Assembly: GCA_041649835.1 (NCBI GenBank)
Contig: JBAZML010000003.1
Span: forward strand, 1,451-65,450
DNA length: 64,000 bases
Reading direction: 5' to 3'
DNA from: Candidatus Shapirobacteria bacterium
GTDB lineage: Bacteria > Patescibacteriota > Microgenomatia > UBA12405
Under the pieces are notes generated by a model. It was not told the origin of the DNA. It was given only the letters and a program-made list of their open reading frames with translations, and made no database searches. Every line of letters begins with the position of its first letter. Positions within the stretch are counted from its first letter, which is position 1. Both the position numbers and the translations under genes were made by a program. Positions 59,290 to 64,000 of this stretch are shown piece by piece.

Positions 59290-60366
59290 ATGTTTATTCT
59301 GGATATTTCCAAAAATTATAATCAAGTTCTCAAAAAAACTGCTGCGGCAATTTCTGCCGGTAAATTAGTTATCTTTCCATCTGACACGGTTTATATTTTG
59401 GCGGTTGATCCAACCAATCAAAAAGCTGTCGATATTCTTCTCTCTTTTAAAAACAGGTGGACTGGCAAGGCTATTTCAATTGCCGTTTCAGACATTAATA
59501 TGGCCGAAAAATACGTTGAAATTTCTACTAATACCAAGAATTTATATCAAAATTTACTCCCTGGTCCTTTTACAATCATTTCTCCGGGCCACCATCATGT
59601 CGCCAAGGGTATCGAAGCCGAAAATGGAACCTTAGGAATTCGTATTCCTGACTCAAAATACATTTTAGATTTAATTAAACTATTGGGAAAACCTATAACC
59701 GCCACTTCAGCCAATCTCAGTGGTCGGACACCAAATTATTCTGTAGCCACTTTTCTTCGACCACTTTCTCAAAAAAAGAAAGATATTATTTCCTTAATTG
59801 TTGATGCCGGAAAACTACCAAAGAATAAGCCCTCCACAGTTATAGACGCTGTAGGCAATGAAATAACCATTCTTCGTCGGGGTGATTTAATTACCGGATC
59901 TTCAGAAACCCTAGTCTCAAAATCAGAAGCGGAAACCGGAAAAATAGCTGAATTTTTACTTCAAAAAGCTATTAAACTTGGTCAAGATAAACCGATTATA
60001 TTTTCTCTATCCGGTGATTTAGGTTGTGGTAAAACTGTATTTTCACGAAGTATAGGGAAAAAAATGGGCATAACTCAAAGAATCCTTTCACCAACCTTTG
60101 TAATTTATAATCAATATCCACTTTCAAATTCTAACTTCAAAATTTTTTATCATTTTGACCTCTATCGTCTAACCAGCAATTTTGAATATCAGGAAATTGG
60201 TTTTTTCAATCACTTTTCACCTAGAACTATTTCTTGCATTGAATGGCCGGAAAATATGGGAGTTGATATTTTTAAAAAAATTAAAGAAAAATCTAACTTC
60301 ATCTCTATTAACTTTTCTTATCTTGATCCGACCACTCGCCAAATTTCCTTTTCTTTTTCTAAATAA
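59290..60366 (+). CDS. Fusion protein: L-threonylcarbamoyladenylate synthase (TsaC/YrdC domain) plus TsaE P-loop domain
   Basis: N-terminal YrdC-like domain (KLVIFPSDTVYILAVD..GIRIPD..TATSANLSG). C-terminal TsaE motif FSLSGDLGCGKT. Confidence 0.75.
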   Translation: MFILDISKNYNQVLKKTAAAISAGKLVIFPSDTVYILAVDPTNQKAVDILLSFKNRWTGKAISIAVSDINMAEKYVEISTNTKNLYQNLLPGPFTIISPGHHHVAKGIEAENGTLGIRIPDSKYILDLIKLLGKPITATSANLSGRTPNYSVATFLRPLSQKKKDIISLIVDAGKLPKNKPSTVIDAVGNEITILRRGDLITGSSETLVSKSEAETGKIAEFLLQKAIKLGQDKPIIFSLSGDLGCGKTVFSRSIGKKMGITQRILSPTFVIYNQYPLSNSNFKIFYHFDLYRLTSNFEYQEIGFFNHFSPRTISCIEWPENMGVDIFKKIKEKSNFISINFSYLDPTTRQISFSFSK

Positions 60367-61141
60367 ATTTGAAATCTTCCAAAAACTTCTGACATTCTTT
60401 TTTTAATTCTTCCTTGGCATTGTGGACACATTGAATAGTATATTTATTATCATCCTTTTCAATGTCTATAATTTTCTGATTAGAGATATCATAAACATAA
60501 CTTTTTTCTCCTCCAACCAGAAAGGTATCAGTAAAAGTCCTGCCGGAGTTAACCCAAGACCATTCTTTACCGGTATGTACTGTTATATTTCCTAAATAAT
60601 TTGAAAATACATATCTTTTGCCACTATCTTCTGTCTCAACTGTCAATTTTCTTTTACTGTCATATCTGACACTAAATCCATCTTCTTTACTTTCAAAAAT
60701 TTCAATTAGTTTTATGGTTGGAGTAACTTCGTCATTAGTTAATGTCACTATTGGTGTTGTTGTTAATGACGGTGTGATTGTGGTTTTTTTTGTTTCAGTT
60801 CCCGTATCATCATTTTTCAATTTTTCACAAATTCCACCTACACCTTGTTTCACTAAAGTAGTCCCGTTGTCATTCGTTGTAATATTTCCTGTTTCATTAC
60901 ATTCCAAACCATCTTCACATTGCACTACTCCCTTTGGTCCTGCTCCACAAAATTCTCCTTCTTTTGCTTTTAAAATTGCTTTAGTTGGGGTAATTACCGG
61001 AATCGTAATCTCATTTATTTGCTTTTTATTCTGTCCTATTAACCAAAATATGCCAACTCCTGATACTGCCAACAATAATATACTACCTAATATGTATTTT
61101 ATCGGACTATTTGGAGTAATTAAGTTGGTTCTTTCGGCCAT
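60359..61141 (-). CDS. Hypothetical secreted/membrane-anchored protein
   Basis: N-terminal TM/signal, Thr-rich linker, Cys-containing N-terminal region. Confidence 0.4.
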   Translation of the reverse strand: MAERTNLITPNSPIKYILGSILLLAVSGVGIFWLIGQNKKQINEITIPVITPTKAILKAKEGEFCGAGPKGVVQCEDGLECNETGNITTNDNGTTLVKQGVGGICEKLKNDDTGTETKKTTITPSLTTTPIVTLTNDEVTPTIKLIEIFESKEDGFSVRYDSKRKLTVETEDSGKRYVFSNYLGNITVHTGKEWSWVNSGRTFTDTFLVGGEKSYVYDISNQKIIDIEKDDNKYTIQCVHNAKEELKKECQKFLEDFKFI

Positions 61142-61162
61142 ATAATCTATAATACACCACCT

Positions 61163-62185
61163 ATGTACATTCTTGGCATTGAAACTAGCTGTGATGATAC
61201 TTGTGCTGCCGTTCTAAAAGACAGTCAAATTTTAAGCAACATTATTTCTTCTCAAATTGATCTTCATAAAATTTGGGGTGGAGTAGTTCCAGATATTGCT
61301 AAAAGAGCCCATCAGGAAAGAATTAACCCAGTTATAGAAACCGCCTTAAAAAGGGCAAAATTAACTATAAAGGATATTAACTTAATTGCCGTTACCAAAG
61401 GTCCCGGATTGGCTATCGCTTTAGGAGTTGGAGTTAAGACTGCCAAAGAGTTAGCCGGTAAGTATCACAAAAAAATTGTCGCCGTTAATCATATTGAAGG
61501 ACATATGTTGGCTAATTTTTTAACCAATAGTAAAGGTCTTCCCCAACGTCCTTTTATTTTCCCAGCACTAACTCTAACTGTTTCCGGTGGTCACACTAAA
61601 ATTATTTTAATTAAAAAACTAGGGGATTATGAAGTAGTTGGTGAAACTCTTGATGATGCCGCCGGTGAGGCTTTGGATAAGTCTGCCAAACTTTTAGGAC
61701 TTGGATATCCGGGAGGTCCAGTAATTGAGAGACTGGCCCTAAAAGGGGATAGTAGTTTCTTAAAATTACCCACTCCAATTGCAAATAAAAAAATTCTCGA
61801 TTATTCTTTTTCTGGTCTTAAAACTGCTTTTTATTATCAAATTAGAGATTGGTCAAAAGCAAAGATATCAAAAAATTTAGCTGATTTAGCCGCTTCTTTT
61901 CAAACAGCGGTTTTTGATACATTATTAAGAAAATTCTCTCTTGCTGTTGAAAAATATCAACCATCTTGTCTTTTAATTTCCGGTGGCGTGGCTGCCAATT
62001 TGACTCTGCGAAAGCGGGTAAGGGCACTGGCCAAAAAATATAAATTACCAATATATTTACCCTTTAAAAAAGAACTAAATACCGACAATGCCGCCATGAT
62101 TGCTCTTGCTGGTTACTATCAAGCTAAAAGGGGAGACTATGCTAATTTAGAGACTTTCGACATCGATTCCCGCGCTGAGTTATAA
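61163..62185 (+). CDS. tsaD: tRNA N6-adenosine threonylcarbamoyltransferase TsaD (Kae1/Gcp family)
   Basis: MYILGIETSCDDT N-terminus, HIEGH metal-binding motif, ISGGVAAN. Confidence 0.9.
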   Translation: MYILGIETSCDDTCAAVLKDSQILSNIISSQIDLHKIWGGVVPDIAKRAHQERINPVIETALKRAKLTIKDINLIAVTKGPGLAIALGVGVKTAKELAGKYHKKIVAVNHIEGHMLANFLTNSKGLPQRPFIFPALTLTVSGGHTKIILIKKLGDYEVVGETLDDAAGEALDKSAKLLGLGYPGGPVIERLALKGDSSFLKLPTPIANKKILDYSFSGLKTAFYYQIRDWSKAKISKNLADLAASFQTAVFDTLLRKFSLAVEKYQPSCLLISGGVAANLTLRKRVRALAKKYKLPIYLPFKKELNTDNAAMIALAGYYQAKRGDYANLETFDIDSRAEL

Positions 62186-62434
62186 TTGAGTATGCGAATA
62201 CAACTATACGATCGAGGTTTACCTCCAGGAAAACAATTATTTGCCAATCTTCAAAACTTGTGTCAACGTCTTCAGATTGATTATGATCCCGAATACAGTA
62301 AAGATATGACTCGGGTTTATGCTATGGGTTTACAGGGGAATACCATTCTTTTAATTGACGGTGAGGTCGCTCTCATCGACAAATATCCATCGACAAAAGA
62401 ACTTGAAAACATTCTCAATGACTATCGAAAATAA
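62186..62434 (+). CDS. Thioredoxin-fold small protein (Thioredoxin_3-like) lacking the CxxC motif
   Basis: Matches the redox-active disulfide protein 2 layout (MxIxxxxxGC..C..L then Gly-rich strand), but the CxxC position reads GLPPGKQ. Confidence 0.35.
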   Translation: MSMRIQLYDRGLPPGKQLFANLQNLCQRLQIDYDPEYSKDMTRVYAMGLQGNTILLIDGEVALIDKYPSTKELENILNDYRK

Positions 62435-62454
62435 AAAGTGGTAATATAGGCCAA

Positions 62455-62982
62455 ATGGCTAAAAATGATCTTGAGGGTGTTGTTCTAAGGGCTGTAATCT
62501 TTGATGTCAACAACAATATTCCCCTTATTAGACATCGGAGTGGTTGGTTTGGTTTGCCTGGTGGTCATATTAAAAAAAACGAGGTTGGTGAAGGAATAGA
62601 ATTAATTAGTGACAAAATTCCACTTCCATTGATTAGGGAAGTTCATGAAGAATGTGTAAAACTTGACATCTCCAAAGATAAGTCAGCTTGTCTTGGTTTA
62701 GTCGAGACGAATGTAACTTTTGGTAACAATGATCCACAGCATCTTACGGCCGTTATTTATGTAGTTAAACATCCGGAAATTATTAATATTGGCAATAGTA
62801 AAAGACTTATTTTAACAAGCCTTGACAATCTTCCGGCTCCACTTTTTCCCGATGCTCAAAAGACCTTTGATAGATTGAAAGCAGGTGGAAAAGGAACAAT
62901 TTTTCCAGAATTTTTAAACCGTGAGTCAACAAGCATCGCTAATTTTGAAATGTCATCTAGAATAATTGGTTACACATCCTAA
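62455..62982 (+). CDS. NUDIX hydrolase
   Basis: Nudix box GGHIKKNEVGEGIELISDKIPLPLIREVHEECV. Confidence 0.6.
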   Translation: MAKNDLEGVVLRAVIFDVNNNIPLIRHRSGWFGLPGGHIKKNEVGEGIELISDKIPLPLIREVHEECVKLDISKDKSACLGLVETNVTFGNNDPQHLTAVIYVVKHPEIINIGNSKRLILTSLDNLPAPLFPDAQKTFDRLKAGGKGTIFPEFLNRESTSIANFEMSSRIIGYTS

Positions 62983-63695
62983 ATTCCAAATAATCTCTTT
63001 GCATTGTTATCCAAAATTTTTTCAGTAGTATTAAAGCTTTCACCCCAAATCTCGGCAATTTTTTGATAAACGTATTTTACGTATTCTGGTTTATTTTCTT
63101 GTCCTCGAAATGGTTCTGGTGTTAGGAGGGGGGAGTCAGTTTCCGCTAAAATTTTGTCTTGGGGAATTGCTTTGACTACCTCTTCCAATCCAACTTCATA
63201 GGTTAAATTACCGTCAAATCCAAAATACCATTCGCCGGGTAAGTCGAGTACTTTTTTTACCCTTTTTTTACCACCACCATAACAATGAATCACTCCTCTT
63301 AAATTTCTATATTCACCGAGAATTTGAATTGTTTCATCAACCGCCTTTCTGGCATGAATTATTAGTGGCTTGTTATATTTTTGAGCAAGTTCTATTTGTT
63401 TTCTAAAATATTGTATTTGTTTTTCAGTATCCACCTCTCCCAAATATTCTAATCCGCACTCTCCAATCGCGATTACATTTGGATTTTTAACCAATTCTTC
63501 CAATAAATTTATATCATCAGATATTTCTTGGGGGTGTATTCCGACAGCAGGATGCAAGAAAGGATATTTATCGGCCAACAATAAATTGTTTCTGGAAGTT
63601 TCCAAGTTTGCTCCCGATAAAATCACCGCATCAAGAGACTCTCCCCCAACTATGTCGCACAATGTTGAATCAATATGAGCGTGGGTATCTATCAT
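62979..63695 (-). CDS. tatD: TatD-family metal-dependent hydrolase (DNase)
   Basis: N-terminal MIDTHAHI, and the conserved His/Glu/Asp metal ligands (GECGLEY, IHCYGG, ETDSP). Confidence 0.85.
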   Translation of the reverse strand: MIDTHAHIDSTLCDIVGGESLDAVILSGANLETSRNNLLLADKYPFLHPAVGIHPQEISDDINLLEELVKNPNVIAIGECGLEYLGEVDTEKQIQYFRKQIELAQKYNKPLIIHARKAVDETIQILGEYRNLRGVIHCYGGGKKRVKKVLDLPGEWYFGFDGNLTYEVGLEEVVKAIPQDKILAETDSPLLTPEPFRGQENKPEYVKYVYQKIAEIWGESFNTTEKILDNNAKRLFGI

Positions 63696-64000
63696 TTTAT
63701 TCTTGGAAACAAACCACTATCTAATGGTTTAATTTCTCCATCTAATTGCCCCAATATTTTTTTCGAGATTTCCGGCATTATCGGTAATAAAGCTGTCGCT
63801 GCAGTTTTCAAATTTTGGGCACATTCGATTAAGACAGCAATTCTATTTGGATCATTAGCTTCCAATTTCCATGGTGTTACTTCATTAAGTCGATTGTTTG
63901 ATTTATCAACATACTTCTCAAGAATAATTCCTATAGCTTCGTCAAATTTTAGGTTATCGATCAAGTTCTTGTATTCTTCACTAACTTGCAATTCGTTACT
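63692..64000 (-). CDS. metG: Methionine--tRNA ligase, C-terminal fragment (5' part outside the window)
   Basis: Anticodon-binding-domain-like region (TPWKL..NRIAVLIECAQNLKTAATALLPIMPEISKKI). The reading frame is open to the window edge. Classic metG-tatD order. Confidence 0.55.
   Translation of the reverse strand, partial: SNELQVSEEYKNLIDNLKFDEAIGIILEKYVDKSNNRLNEVTPWKLEANDPNRIAVLIECAQNLKTAATALLPIMPEISKKILGQLDGEIKPLDSGLFPRIK

Noticed and set aside
1-64000. CRISPR arrays, transposases, phage genes
   Set aside because: No regularly spaced direct repeats, no Cas-like, transposase-like (DDE/HUH) or phage structural protein signatures were seen in any frame.

Overview
AT-rich, gene-dense bacterial chromosome segment with short intergenic spacers, many ATGA-type start/stop overlaps and weak Shine-Dalgarno signals. 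My inference is a Patescibacteria (CPR)-like organism. This rests on three things: a 16S rRNA gene not linked to 23S, an archaeal-type triose-phosphate isomerase, and two tandem TrbC/VirB2-like pilins. Standard genetic code (TGA is used as a stop). Content is mostly housekeeping: class A PBP, sodA, map, folD, rnhA, uppS, recF followed by 16S rRNA, xth, rpiB/pgk/gap/rpe, rpoD-dnaG, trpS/trpB, rplY, t6A genes, tatD, and a metG 3' fragment. Non-coding RNA genes found by eye: 16S rRNA (minus strand), a tmRNA (ssrA) convergent with smpB in an otherwise unexplained 490-bp gap, tRNA-Tyr, tRNA-Trp, and a cluster of three CAU/UAU tRNAs next to a tyrosine recombinase. Accessory content: a GT2 / GT-C / WecA-like glycosylation cluster, a VirD4/TraG-like coupling ATPase, tandem TrbC-like pilins, and a five-gene minus-strand operon ending in smpB. 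The observations most worth a second look are: (1) a tmRNA with no G3-U70 pair and a tag ending in Cys, (2) a tRNA-Ile with a UAU anticodon, (3) a terminator/antiterminator pair immediately 5' of a tRNA-Trp-trpB-trpS unit, (4) G1-U72 first base pairs in three tRNAs, and (5) a TsaC-TsaE fusion. No CRISPR, transposase or phage genes were seen.
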